Shown: one piece after another, positions 19,760 through 28,898 of the stretch
Layout of the letters: every line of letters begins with the position of its first letter
How positions within the stretch are numbered: the first letter of the stretch is position 1
Assembly: GCA_905207115.1 (NCBI GenBank)
Contig: CAJLKD010000006.1
Location: 29-64,028 of the forward strand
Direction: 5' to 3'
Source of the DNA: Bifidobacterium angulatum
GTDB lineage: Bacteria; Actinomycetota; Actinomycetes; Actinomycetales; Bifidobacteriaceae
DNA length: 64,000 bases
The notes under the pieces: model-generated
Told to the model about the DNA's origin: nothing
Databases searched by the model: none
The model's input: only the letters and a program-made list of their open reading frames with translations
Position numbers and translations under genes: made by a program

Positions 19760-21273
19760 TGCAGCAATGCTTCATGTTCATCGACACCGGCAGCGGCTGG
19801 ACGCCGGTGAACGATTCCGCCAAGGACATCGCGGCCCTAGACTCGTTCACCATCGATTGGGGCAGCGACAGCATCGACGAACAACCGGAACCCACCGTGA
19901 TGTCGTTCACCCTGCGCGACCGGACCGGACGGCTGGCCGGCCAGGCATTGACATTGGCCAGCATGAAAGTGGTCGTGCAGTTCTCCAACCAGCCGCGATG
20001 GATGGACCTGACGCCAGCGATGGGCAGCTGGCAAGATCTGCGCATCCCCATCGACTCGCTACACAGGGCGTATTCCCCAGTCTCTCCGGACTCGCCGGAC
20101 TCGCCGGCCATGACGATGTTCGCCGGCACCGTCTCCACCGGCGGCAGCGTCGAACCGGCCAGCGGCGGCGGGTGGCTGCTCAAACTCTCCGCCACATCGA
20201 GGATGGCCGTGTGGAAGCGCCTGCAATCCCAAGGACCGACAGACACGGCCGCGAAATGGAACGGCGCGCACTGGATAGGCACGCCGGCCGCACGCCTCGC
20301 GGAGATGAACCGCCGGGCATCGGCGCAGGGAGCTCCGGAAGCACAACTGGACGGCCTCGCCCTGCCATCAAGCGTCGCGCCATACACGCCATCCGACCAT
20401 CCATCGCAGCTCGACCTGCTGCACCGGCTCACCGCCGGCCCACGACTCCCGCAATGGCACGAAGTCTACGACGGCGCTACATCAAGCCTCCGGCCATTGT
20501 TCCTCGCCGACCCGATAGCCGTGCACCTGTCGTCGGACGGCCGTCTCAGCATCCTCACCGGCGGAGAGACACGTCACGCGCTCTCGGCCTCCGACATCGA
20601 GGCATCGACCGATCTGAGCATCCCCGAACCATTGACTCAGGTGGTCATCAACGCGAAACGCGTCAAATCGGACAACGGCAAGCTCTCGTTCGATGACGTC
20701 GAGATCACGATGGGAGACCAGCACCGTCTGCCCTCCCAATTGACCGCCACGCAGAAGAGCCTCACCCTCGATTCCGACATGCTCGCAATCGATGACTCAG
20801 GCGGCGTGTGGAACAGCGGGGCCACATCGAACGTCAGCGACACCGACCGCGCGAACGTCGCGCAATGGCTCGAATCGCACGACCTGCGCATGGTCCCGGA
20901 CCCCGTGACGTTCAACAGCACGCGCATCGACCCGGAGCGCCTGCCATGGCTGTACAAGGCGAGCCCGTCCGGCCCGTTCATCATCGTCAAGGCCAAGGCG
21001 TCGGCACTGACCGGCTCAGATGGCCGACCGGCCTTCACCGGCCCCATCACGACCATCGGCGGGACGCTCTCATACCGGTGGCGCAACGGCAAGCCGACGC
21101 TCACCCAGGAAGCGACGCTGGCCGCGCTCCGGCCGCTGCTGACGAAACAGATCACATGGACCGACCTGCCCACCCTCAGCTGGCAGCAGCTCGACCTGCA
21201 CATCTGCGACCTCTCGATGATCCAGATCATCGACACTTCTTCGCCCACCGCCGAAAAGGAAGGAACACAATGA
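19759..21273 (+). CDS. minor tail protein
   Basis: ATG at 19759 after AGGAGG; 504 aa; follows tape measure. Confidence 0.75.
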   Translation: MQQCFMFIDTGSGWTPVNDSAKDIAALDSFTIDWGSDSIDEQPEPTVMSFTLRDRTGRLAGQALTLASMKVVVQFSNQPRWMDLTPAMGSWQDLRIPIDSLHRAYSPVSPDSPDSPAMTMFAGTVSTGGSVEPASGGGWLLKLSATSRMAVWKRLQSQGPTDTAAKWNGAHWIGTPAARLAEMNRRASAQGAPEAQLDGLALPSSVAPYTPSDHPSQLDLLHRLTAGPRLPQWHEVYDGATSSLRPLFLADPIAVHLSSDGRLSILTGGETRHALSASDIEASTDLSIPEPLTQVVINAKRVKSDNGKLSFDDVEITMGDQHRLPSQLTATQKSLTLDSDMLAIDDSGGVWNSGATSNVSDTDRANVAQWLESHDLRMVPDPVTFNSTRIDPERLPWLYKASPSGPFIIVKAKASALTGSDGRPAFTGPITTIGGTLSYRWRNGKPTLTQEATLAALRPLLTKQITWTDLPTLSWQQLDLHICDLSMIQIIDTSSPTAEKEGTQ

Positions 21274-21893
21274 CAGCAACAACACCAATCTACGGCCTCT
21301 CGTATCCCGAAGGCTCCGACCTCGTATCAACCGCGCCGGACTCGTTCAAGAGCATGGCCGACACGTTCGAGAAGGCGCTTGACCAAGTGGACCGGAGGAC
21401 CACGCCGGAAGGCGTCAAACCGGCCGTCGCGACCACCCTCGAAGCCCTTCGGCAGATCACCGGCGTCATCGGCCAAACAGGTTTCGTCACCGGCGGCAAC
21501 GACGACAACGGCCCATATGTGTGGGACGGCGCGCAATGGGTCAAGACCAGAACCGCCGACATGCCATGGAACGGCACTTGGAGACTCAACTCGCGGATTT
21601 ACACCGGACGCAAATGGGTGGACGGCCGCCGCATCTGCATGCAGGTCCGAGAATACAAGAACCTGACCAACAACTCGCGCACCCCACCGGGCTTCAGCAT
21701 CTACAGCCTACTGGACTACCGCGTCATCACCCAAGGAAAAGGCGGCTCGCTCCAACCGTACCTCGCCACCGACACCTACTGGCATTCAGAAGTCACGGTC
21801 ACACCATCCGAGATCATCGTACGCAAAGGCGCATCGAACACGAGCGCGCTCAACGTCTGGATCGTCTACATCTACACGGAGCCCGACGCGTGA
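21270..21893 (+). CDS. putative tail fibre / receptor-binding protein
   Basis: MTATTPIYGLSYP N-terminus, YVWDGAQW motif; last tail gene. Confidence 0.65.
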   Translation: MTATTPIYGLSYPEGSDLVSTAPDSFKSMADTFEKALDQVDRRTTPEGVKPAVATTLEALRQITGVIGQTGFVTGGNDDNGPYVWDGAQWVKTRTADMPWNGTWRLNSRIYTGRKWVDGRRICMQVREYKNLTNNSRTPPGFSIYSLLDYRVITQGKGGSLQPYLATDTYWHSEVTVTPSEIIVRKGASNTSALNVWIVYIYTEPDA

Positions 21894-22117
21894 CGGATCT
21901 CATCATCGCCATCGTCGGCGCAGTCGGCGCGGTCGTCGGCGCACTGGTCTCCACCCTCTCGGCCGCCGCGAAGAACAAGATGGAAGCCTACCGGCTCGCG
22001 CAGAAGATGCAGGCCGACAACCAACGCCTCTGGCAATGGAACCGGCAACTCATCGACCACATCTACAGGCGCGCCCCACCACCGCCGCCGGAGCCGCCGG
22101 AAGACCTGTTCGACTAA
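21890..22117 (+). CDS. small membrane protein (lysis cassette)
   Basis: GTG overlap; N-terminal TM, coiled region, Pro-rich tail. Confidence 0.65.
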   Translation: MTDLIIAIVGAVGAVVGALVSTLSAAAKNKMEAYRLAQKMQADNQRLWQWNRQLIDHIYRRAPPPPPEPPEDLFD

Positions 22118-22135
22118 AGGAAGGAAAGGAACCAC

Positions 22136-22933
22136 ATGAGCGGCATCATCTGGAAAGGAAGCCCGAACCATTACGTTGGCCGCAACGGCTACGGCGTCAC
22201 GCACATCACGCTGCACATCATGGTTGGATACCTCGCCGGCACCGATTCCACGTTCGCCAACCAGTCGAGCCGAGCATCGGCCCACTACGGCGTCGGCGCG
22301 ACCGGAGAGATCCACCAATACGTGTCGGAACTCGACGGCAGCTATTCGGACGCGAACTACGCATCGAATAATTCGACCATCAGCATCGAGCACGAGGGCG
22401 GCATGGCCGACGGCGCGGTATGCACCCAGGAGTGCATCGACGCAAGCGCCAGACTGTGCGCCGACATCGCGAGAAGGTACGGATGGAAAAAACTGTGGCA
22501 CGACGGCCTGAAAGGCAATGTGTGGCTGCACAGGGAGATTCCAGGCACCGACCACCTCGCCTGCCCCGATCTCGCGCCCAACGGACTGCCATACAAGCAG
22601 ATCATCGACCAAGCAAACCGAATCCTTGAAGGAGGAACCATGTCCAACGCAGGCGACGAAGTATGGAACTGGGCATACAAGCCCAACGGAAAGAACGCCA
22701 CACCGGGCGGCAACATGTACAATCTGCTCACCTACGAGCTGCCGCAGCGCATCCGCGACAGCATCATGCAATACAGCTACAAGGGCTCGGCACCGGGCGG
22801 CAACATCTACAACACCATCTGCTTCGAGATCCCCGGAATGCTGAAACAGCTCACCAAGACCCTTGAAGCGCAGCAGAAGCAGATCAGCGAATTGTCCGAA
22901 AAAATCAGCAAGCTGGAAGGGACCGCGAAATGA
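22136..22933 (+). CDS. endolysin, N-acetylmuramoyl-L-alanine amidase (Amidase_2-like)
   Basis: ITLHIM, ASAHYGV, N..ISIEHEG, LHREI...ACP. Confidence 0.9.
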   Translation: MSGIIWKGSPNHYVGRNGYGVTHITLHIMVGYLAGTDSTFANQSSRASAHYGVGATGEIHQYVSELDGSYSDANYASNNSTISIEHEGGMADGAVCTQECIDASARLCADIARRYGWKKLWHDGLKGNVWLHREIPGTDHLACPDLAPNGLPYKQIIDQANRILEGGTMSNAGDEVWNWAYKPNGKNATPGGNMYNLLTYELPQRIRDSIMQYSYKGSAPGGNIYNTICFEIPGMLKQLTKTLEAQQKQISELSEKISKLEGTAK

Positions 22934-23280
22934 CCGACACGACGGAAAACCGACTCCCGACGGCCAACACAACGGAGGATGACGCAATGCCCGTCTCGGC
23001 GCAGATCATGGCCGCCGCCGATGGCAACGCCGAGGCAACGACGCCGAGAATCGACAGCGGCACAATATCCAGATTCCTCGTGCTGCTCCTTGCGCTTGTC
23101 AACCAGGGACTGACCATGTTCGGCCATCCGGTGCTCAACATCGATGACACGACCATCACGCAGCTCGTGAGCCTCGCATGGACAGCCGGCAGCGCCATCT
23201 GGTGCTACTGGAAGGACAACGACGTGACCGCGAAAGCCCGCGTCAAAAAGGCGAGGCTGTCGGCACGTCACGCGGCCTAG
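22930..23280 (+). CDS. holin (SPP1-like)
   Basis: GTISRFLVLLLALVNQ...YWKDNDVT, two TM helices, basic C-terminus. Confidence 0.85.
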   Translation: MTDTTENRLPTANTTEDDAMPVSAQIMAAADGNAEATTPRIDSGTISRFLVLLLALVNQGLTMFGHPVLNIDDTTITQLVSLAWTAGSAIWCYWKDNDVTAKARVKKARLSARHAA

Positions 23281-24104
23281 ATAAGCCGGACGGCCGCCGT
23301 GGCTTCTCTCAGACGGCCGTCCGGCATCGCAACGTAATGCTCCGTGGTCTCAACCGATTCATGGCCGAGCAGTTCGGCGACCACGAACAGGTCGTGTGTG
23401 GCGGCGTAGGCCGTGGTGGCGAACCGGTGGCGCAGCGTGTGCGCGGCGTATCCGTCCGGCAGCAGATGACTGATGTGGTCCCCGATATAGGACTCCTCCA
23501 CATGGCCGACGAACCGGCCAGGGAACAGGTAGCCCCGAGCGTCCATGATGATGTCGGCCAGATCATCCGGCAACGGCACTATGCGCTGCTTGTCGCCTTT
23601 GCCGCGCACGATCAATGACCGGCCGGCGCTGTCGGCCACGACGTCATCGCTGTGGACCCGCGCGATCTCGCCACGCCGCAGTCCGCACTCCGCACCGAGC
23701 CGGATCATGAGTTTTTCCGACGACGTGGCCTTCTCCATCGCCGCAGCGATGTAACGGTCCGGGCATGGTCTGGGATGCGCGTGCGGCTTCTTCACGCGTG
23801 GCACGTCCAGGCTCGGGTCGTCGCTTCTCCGGCCGCTTTTGTGCAACCATCGGAAGAACGACGAAATGGTGTTCCGGTACGCTTTGCGCGTCTCGGGTTT
23901 CCATTGCTGCCGTGCGAACGCCTGCACGATCTGCTCCGTGGTCACGTCTTTGGGGCCTGACGGCATGAGCAGCGCCGCGAGATGCACCATCTTGTATCGT
24001 CGGCTTTTGATTGTCTGTGCTGATAGGCCGGCCGCCTTGAGGGTGTCAGTCCACCCTTCGATGCTTCTGCGCCATGGGACCGGTGCGCTGATCTTGTTTC
24101 TCAT
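23277..24104 (-). CDS. tyrosine integrase lacking the N-terminal arm-binding domain
   Basis: GLRRGE, GKGDK, HTLRH, LLGH, TTEHY catalytic residues; only 275 aa; adjacent to attR. Confidence 0.93.
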   Translation of the reverse strand: MRNKISAPVPWRRSIEGWTDTLKAAGLSAQTIKSRRYKMVHLAALLMPSGPKDVTTEQIVQAFARQQWKPETRKAYRNTISSFFRWLHKSGRRSDDPSLDVPRVKKPHAHPRPCPDRYIAAAMEKATSSEKLMIRLGAECGLRRGEIARVHSDDVVADSAGRSLIVRGKGDKQRIVPLPDDLADIIMDARGYLFPGRFVGHVEESYIGDHISHLLPDGYAAHTLRHRFATTAYAATHDLFVVAELLGHESVETTEHYVAMPDGRLREATAAVRLI

Positions 24105-24177
24105 GATCCATCATGCACCCCATCATGCACCCCTGGCTTTAAGCGGTTAAAATGAGCTCGGATAAGCTCAGAAGCCC

Positions 24178-24234
24178 CATGGATTTGAACCTTGGACCTC
24201 TGGTATCCCCAGAGGTCCAAGGTTCAAATCCATG
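24178..24234. repeat. perfect 26-bp inverted repeat overlapping attR
   Basis: CATGGATTTGAACCTTGGACCTCTGG-tatcc-CCAGAGGTCCAAGGTTCAAATCCATG. Confidence 0.95.
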
Positions 24235-24246
24235 CCCCGCTACCAA
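24208..24246 (+). repeat. attR core (duplicated tRNA-Met 3' half)
   Basis: Matches 7375-7413 except A24220 versus T7387. Confidence 0.93.
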
Positions 24247-24248
24247 GT

Positions 24249-24285
24249 ACAAGGCTAGGAATCATGTGGTTCCTAGCCTTGTTTC
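24249..24285. terminator. original tRNA-Met / bidirectional terminator
   Basis: ACAAGGCTAGGAA / TTCCTAGCCTTGT stem right after attR. Confidence 0.8.
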
Positions 24286-24298
24286 ATATCACCATGGC

Positions 24299-26224
24299 CT
24301 ACAACGATTCACGCCTGTGAGCCAGCACCAGAATCAGGCTTCCAGCGGCAAGCGCGATCAGCGCCATGGCGATGGCGAAGGCCACATCGCTGCCGGTCGA
24401 GGCCAGAGGCGTTTCCGGTTCGTCGTTTTCTTCGACCGTCTCCTCTTCCTCGTCCTCCTCGTCCTCCTCTTCCTCAGGCTCGACGCTCACCCTGGCCTGC
24501 TCCCACTGATCGTCGTAGGCGCTGACGGCCGGCATAACACGGTCATCGCCTGCGAAACTCCATACGAACACGTACCAGCCATGGTCTTCGGCAATGATGT
24601 TGATCGGCTTGCCGTGAGCATCCAAGGAACCGGCACCCACACGGATCGTACCGTTCTTCGCCGGCACATCCCATGTACCCAGCAGCTTATGATGTTCATC
24701 TTCCTGCGGCACCGCAGCGCCAGCCGGCTTGTATTCCTCATCGCTGCCGGGGTCGTCCTTATCCCCGGCCCACCACACGCTTACCTGCGCATGCTTTTCG
24801 TCGGCACCGATGCCGAATACTTCGGAACCCGCGAATTCCCCATGGTCTTCGGGAAAACCGTCGACAGTGATGGTGTCGCTGAGTTGCGCGCCGATCGCCG
24901 GGGAATGCTCGGTGATCGTCGATTCCACTTGCACCTTGGAACGGTTCGAATTGGTCTCCTCGGCCTCAAGGAACCCGCTGATCGAGTCACCGCTCAGGTA
25001 TTCGCCCGCCTTCCCCGGCTGCGCGGAGGCATCGAACGCCCACACCCATGTGCCGATGCCGCCCCGCGCCGGCGCATGGTATTCCTCTGCGCCACCCGGC
25101 TCACTCGTCGCCGTCACCGTCTTCGTTTGCTCTGATCCGGTGAAAGTGGCGGAACCGTAGGCCGCGGGCCTGTGCCCACGCCGTGCGATGCGATCAAGGA
25201 AAGTCTCGACACTTTCACCATCGTTCGGGTTCAATGGAGCGTTCAGCTCGCTTGCGGAAATCCCATCAAAGTAGTAGCCGGTAGCCAACAGCTCCATGTT
25301 CTTAGGCCAATGGTTATCCGCTCCCGTCGCCTTCGACGTGACCTTATCGCTTACCGTTTCTCCCGCATCCACGATTTTCTTGGTGGTAACCGTGGCCACT
25401 GCCGGCGTGAAATCCTTACGCACCCTAAAAGCGACGCCATCGCCGGCAACCTGCTCCTGACTGCCATAGCACGCGTAATCCTGATTGCTGATCAGCTGCA
25501 ATGCCTTCGGCGACTGGTATTGCGTATGCACTGCAACCTTGCCGCTTCCGGTGGCATGCCAGGTATGGCGAATCGCGCCGCTTCCCGAAACACCACTTAC
25601 CGACTGACCGCCATTATCGAACTTCGCGGGCCCTTCCAATCGCACGGAATAGGGAATGCCGGCGAGCGCCTTGCCGTCGCTTTTCACCACGGCATCGACC
25701 CAGCCCGATCGCAGACCGTCCACCATTTGGCTGGAGACCTGCAATCCCAACGGTATATTGGTGCCGGCCTCGCCCCACAACCGGTTGGCGATGGCATCCA
25801 GATCAGGGTATTGCGCCGAGATAACCGCCCAATGGCGCGCCCACGCCTGCGGGTCGAGTTCCATATGCCGGTGCACAAGGACGCCTATGGCGGCATGGAT
25901 CTTCGCATCACGACTGTTCTGGTAGCGATTTGCCAGCCAGGCGATGCGACGCACGTTCCCGTTGTCGTCGATCTTACGTTCGCCCGAATAGTCGTTACCG
26001 GCTTCGGCACCGGCTCTCATGCAGTATGCGAGCCTGCCGTCGGGCAGTTTTTTGATGGCTCCGATCAGCAGATTCCGACCGTCGACGCGATACCACAGGT
26101 TCGTGCCCGGCGGCGGATTGTCCAATGACGCTGCGAACGCCGCCGGCGAAAGCCCCAGCAACACCGCCAGCGCAACGGCAAGCGCCACCAGACCTGTCAG
26201 GTATCGTCGCACATTTGTGCCCAT
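24299..26224 (-). CDS. sortase-anchored cell-surface protein
   Basis: Signal peptide; LASTG + hydrophobic helix + HRRESL tail; GGAGGAAG SD before ATG 26224. Confidence 0.85.
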   Translation of the reverse strand: MGTNVRRYLTGLVALAVALAVLLGLSPAAFAASLDNPPPGTNLWYRVDGRNLLIGAIKKLPDGRLAYCMRAGAEAGNDYSGERKIDDNGNVRRIAWLANRYQNSRDAKIHAAIGVLVHRHMELDPQAWARHWAVISAQYPDLDAIANRLWGEAGTNIPLGLQVSSQMVDGLRSGWVDAVVKSDGKALAGIPYSVRLEGPAKFDNGGQSVSGVSGSGAIRHTWHATGSGKVAVHTQYQSPKALQLISNQDYACYGSQEQVAGDGVAFRVRKDFTPAVATVTTKKIVDAGETVSDKVTSKATGADNHWPKNMELLATGYYFDGISASELNAPLNPNDGESVETFLDRIARRGHRPAAYGSATFTGSEQTKTVTATSEPGGAEEYHAPARGGIGTWVWAFDASAQPGKAGEYLSGDSISGFLEAEETNSNRSKVQVESTITEHSPAIGAQLSDTITVDGFPEDHGEFAGSEVFGIGADEKHAQVSVWWAGDKDDPGSDEEYKPAGAAVPQEDEHHKLLGTWDVPAKNGTIRVGAGSLDAHGKPINIIAEDHGWYVFVWSFAGDDRVMPAVSAYDDQWEQARVSVEPEEEEDEEDEEEETVEENDEPETPLASTGSDVAFAIAMALIALAAGSLILVLAHRRESL

Positions 26225-26370
26225 GCTCTTCCTCCTATATATACGTCTACATACGTGGTTTCCCCATCCGGCCGCCATGCCGAATAGATATCAACGAGAC
26301 TGTCAGAACAGGCGAGCGCAATGGACGGTTTCCCACCCCCTGTGGTCGACACTCCCCCAGCCGGGCGTGT

Positions 26371-26473
26371 TGTGGATAACTCAGCCTGCAGGTTATGCAC
26401 ATTACGCGGCTCTCGGCGCTCATTACGGCAAGTTATGCACACGGGGAAACGGCCATCCACAGATTCATCCACA
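26371..26473. promoter_or_regulatory. DnaA-box cluster
   Basis: TGTGGATAA 26371 (perfect), TTATGCACA 26393 and 26433, TCATCCACA 26465, CCATCCACA 26453. Confidence 0.6.
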
Positions 26474-26514
26474 TCCTTCGCCAGCACGCACATACAATAG
26501 GAGTGAAACCATTG

Positions 26515-28755
26515 ATGAGTAGCAAGGAGAAGGCTGCCATGTCGACGAAGACCACTGAGAACACAGCGGAGAAGAGCACATCGTCGCCCGCGAAACGAAC
26601 GACCGGTACGACAAAACGTGCCACGACCGCAACAAGGAAGAGGCGAACCGCCAAAACGCCCGCCCCGGTGACCCCGGGCGAGGCGCCGGCCCCCATTATT
26701 CCCGTCACCGAACCCGGCCAGTTCGGGCGCGTCAATGTTATGGACATCACCCCGAACGAGGAACACGGCGTTTACCCCGCTCGTGTGGAACTCGGGGAGG
26801 CGTTCGAAGTCACCGCGCAAGTATTCATCGAGGGGCGCACCAAGGTCGGAGCCACGGCTGTAGTACGCAATCCGCGCGGCAAGGAGATGCTGCGCGCGCC
26901 GATGACCTGCGTGAACCCCGGTCTGGACCGTTGGACGGTCACACTCACATGCGGCGAACACAGCGACGTCAAGCCGTGGGAACCGGAATTCGCCAAAGTG
27001 AAGCGCCAGCTGGGCGAATGGACCGTCACCGTGGAAGGCTGGGAAGATACCTATATTTCCTGGCTGCACGACGCCACCATCAAAGTGCAGGTGGGCGACG
27101 ATGTGGAGAACGCGCTGATTTCCGGCTCCCAACTGCTCGCACGCTGGGCTTCCTCCAGCGACGCCAAGTTGAACGCCCATCAGCGTAAAACGCTGGAGGC
27201 CGCCGCCGCGACCATGGCCGACGCCTCGCTTTCCCCGCAGGAACGTCTCGCCGCCGCAACAAGCAGCGATGTCAGCGAACTGCACACATCCAATCCGCTG
27301 CGTGACGGCCTGTCACCCAGCGCGCCGCAACGTTTCAAGGTGGAACGCCCGAAAGCCAGCTTCGCCGCATGGTACCAGTTCTTCCCACGCTCCGAAGGCG
27401 CCGTGTACGACGATCAGCATGGCAGGATCAAGCAGGGCACACTGGTCACCGCGCTCTCCGGCCTGGAACGCGCCAAAGCCGAAGGCTTCGACATCGTATA
27501 CCTGCCGCCGATCTTCCCGATCGGCGTGACCAATCGCAAAGGCCGCAACAATTCCCTGATCGCCGGCCCGAACGACCCCGGCTCCCCGTTCGGCATCGGC
27601 TCCGAACTCGGCGGCCACGACACCGTTGACCCGCTGCTCGGCACCATGGACGATTTCAAAGCGTTCTGCAACCGCGCCCATGAGCTCGGCCTCGAAGTCG
27701 CACTCGATTTCGCCCTGCAGTGCTCCCCCGACCACCCGTGGGTCAAGCAGCACCCGAACTGGTTCCGTACCAAGCCCGACGGCACCATCGCCTTCGCCGA
27801 GAACCCGCCGAAGAAATATCAGGACATCTACCCCATCGACTTCAACGCCGATATGCCCGGCATCGAAAAGGAAGTCGAACGCATCATGGACCTGTGGGTC
27901 AAGGCGGGCGTAACCATCTTCCGCGTGGACAACCCGCACACCAAGCCGGTGCGATTCTGGCAGGACGTGATCGCAGCCGTCACCAAGAAGCACCCCGAAG
28001 TGCTGTTCCTTGCCGAGGCATTCACCCGACCCGGTATGATGCGCGCACTGAGCTACGTGGGCTTCACCCAATCGCACTGCTACTTCCCTTGGCGCAACAC
28101 CAAGGAGGAGCTGGAAAAGTACCTGCTGGAGACCAACGGCGACGACGGCTACTACCAGCACAACACCTTCTGGCCCACTACGCCGGACATCCTCACCGAT
28201 TATGTGCGCGACAACGGCATCGCCGGCCATGCGGTGCGTGCGGTACTCGCCGCGATGGGCTCCCCGAGCTGGGGCATCTACAACGGCTATGAGCTCATCG
28301 AAAACAAACAGCGCCCCGGCTTCGAGGAGCAGATCGACAACGAGAAGTACGAGGTCAAAGTGCGCGATTGGGACGATGCCGGCAAGTATGGCATCGCCGA
28401 GCTACTGACCAGTCTGAACCGGATCCGCCGCGAGCACGTGGAAGCCTTCAGCTACCACAATGTGAGCATTCTGCCCTCATCCGATCCGAACATCATCGCG
28501 TTCGCCCGCCACACCCCCGCCGAACTGACCAGCACCGGCAAGCCGGAGACGCTGATCGTGGTGGTGAATCTCGACGGTCATAACGCGCATCAGTCGCTGA
28601 TCCATCTTGAACTGCCCGATCTTGACATCGACCCGAAGCACGACGTTCAGGTACGCGACGAACTCACCGGCCATGAGTTCACGTGGGGTTGGGACAACTT
28701 CGTCTCGCTGGCGCCGTGGGCCGATGTGGCGCACGTGTTCCACATCGTCCGCTGA
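26515..28755 (+). CDS. glgE: alpha-1,4-glucan:maltose-1-phosphate maltosyltransferase
   Basis: WYQFFPRS, YLPPIFPIG, ENPPKKYQDIYP, FRVDNPHTKP, LAEAFTRP. Confidence 0.95.
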   Translation: MSSKEKAAMSTKTTENTAEKSTSSPAKRTTGTTKRATTATRKRRTAKTPAPVTPGEAPAPIIPVTEPGQFGRVNVMDITPNEEHGVYPARVELGEAFEVTAQVFIEGRTKVGATAVVRNPRGKEMLRAPMTCVNPGLDRWTVTLTCGEHSDVKPWEPEFAKVKRQLGEWTVTVEGWEDTYISWLHDATIKVQVGDDVENALISGSQLLARWASSSDAKLNAHQRKTLEAAAATMADASLSPQERLAAATSSDVSELHTSNPLRDGLSPSAPQRFKVERPKASFAAWYQFFPRSEGAVYDDQHGRIKQGTLVTALSGLERAKAEGFDIVYLPPIFPIGVTNRKGRNNSLIAGPNDPGSPFGIGSELGGHDTVDPLLGTMDDFKAFCNRAHELGLEVALDFALQCSPDHPWVKQHPNWFRTKPDGTIAFAENPPKKYQDIYPIDFNADMPGIEKEVERIMDLWVKAGVTIFRVDNPHTKPVRFWQDVIAAVTKKHPEVLFLAEAFTRPGMMRALSYVGFTQSHCYFPWRNTKEELEKYLLETNGDDGYYQHNTFWPTTPDILTDYVRDNGIAGHAVRAVLAAMGSPSWGIYNGYELIENKQRPGFEEQIDNEKYEVKVRDWDDAGKYGIAELLTSLNRIRREHVEAFSYHNVSILPSSDPNIIAFARHTPAELTSTGKPETLIVVVNLDGHNAHQSLIHLELPDLDIDPKHDVQVRDELTGHEFTWGWDNFVSLAPWADVAHVFHIVR

Positions 28756-28898
28756 TGTCGTTGATGCGCTAACGCAAGACGCATGGCGGTTGCGCTCCGA
28801 GGCCCGGCCTCCCGAACGCAACCGCCATAATGAAGCGGGTGGCCGAATCGTTGATTCCGATTCGACCACCCGCTTTGTTTACTGTTGCTTTGCTGTCG

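Larger units (their letters stand above)
7375..24246. mobile_element. small temperate siphovirus-like prophage (predicted circle 16,833 bp) integrated in tRNA-Met
   Basis: 39-bp direct repeats 7375-7413 and 24208-24246; integrase, repressor/cro, terminase, portal, capsid, tail, lysin and holin genes, none visibly interrupted. Confidence 0.95.

Noticed and set aside
19759..21893. Tail-fibre shufflon or diversity-generating retroelement in the prophage
   Set aside because: No invertase, reverse transcriptase, repeated crossover sites or duplicated variable cassette was seen.
24208..24246. A second tRNA-Met gene
   Set aside because: Only the 3' half is present; it is the attR duplication.
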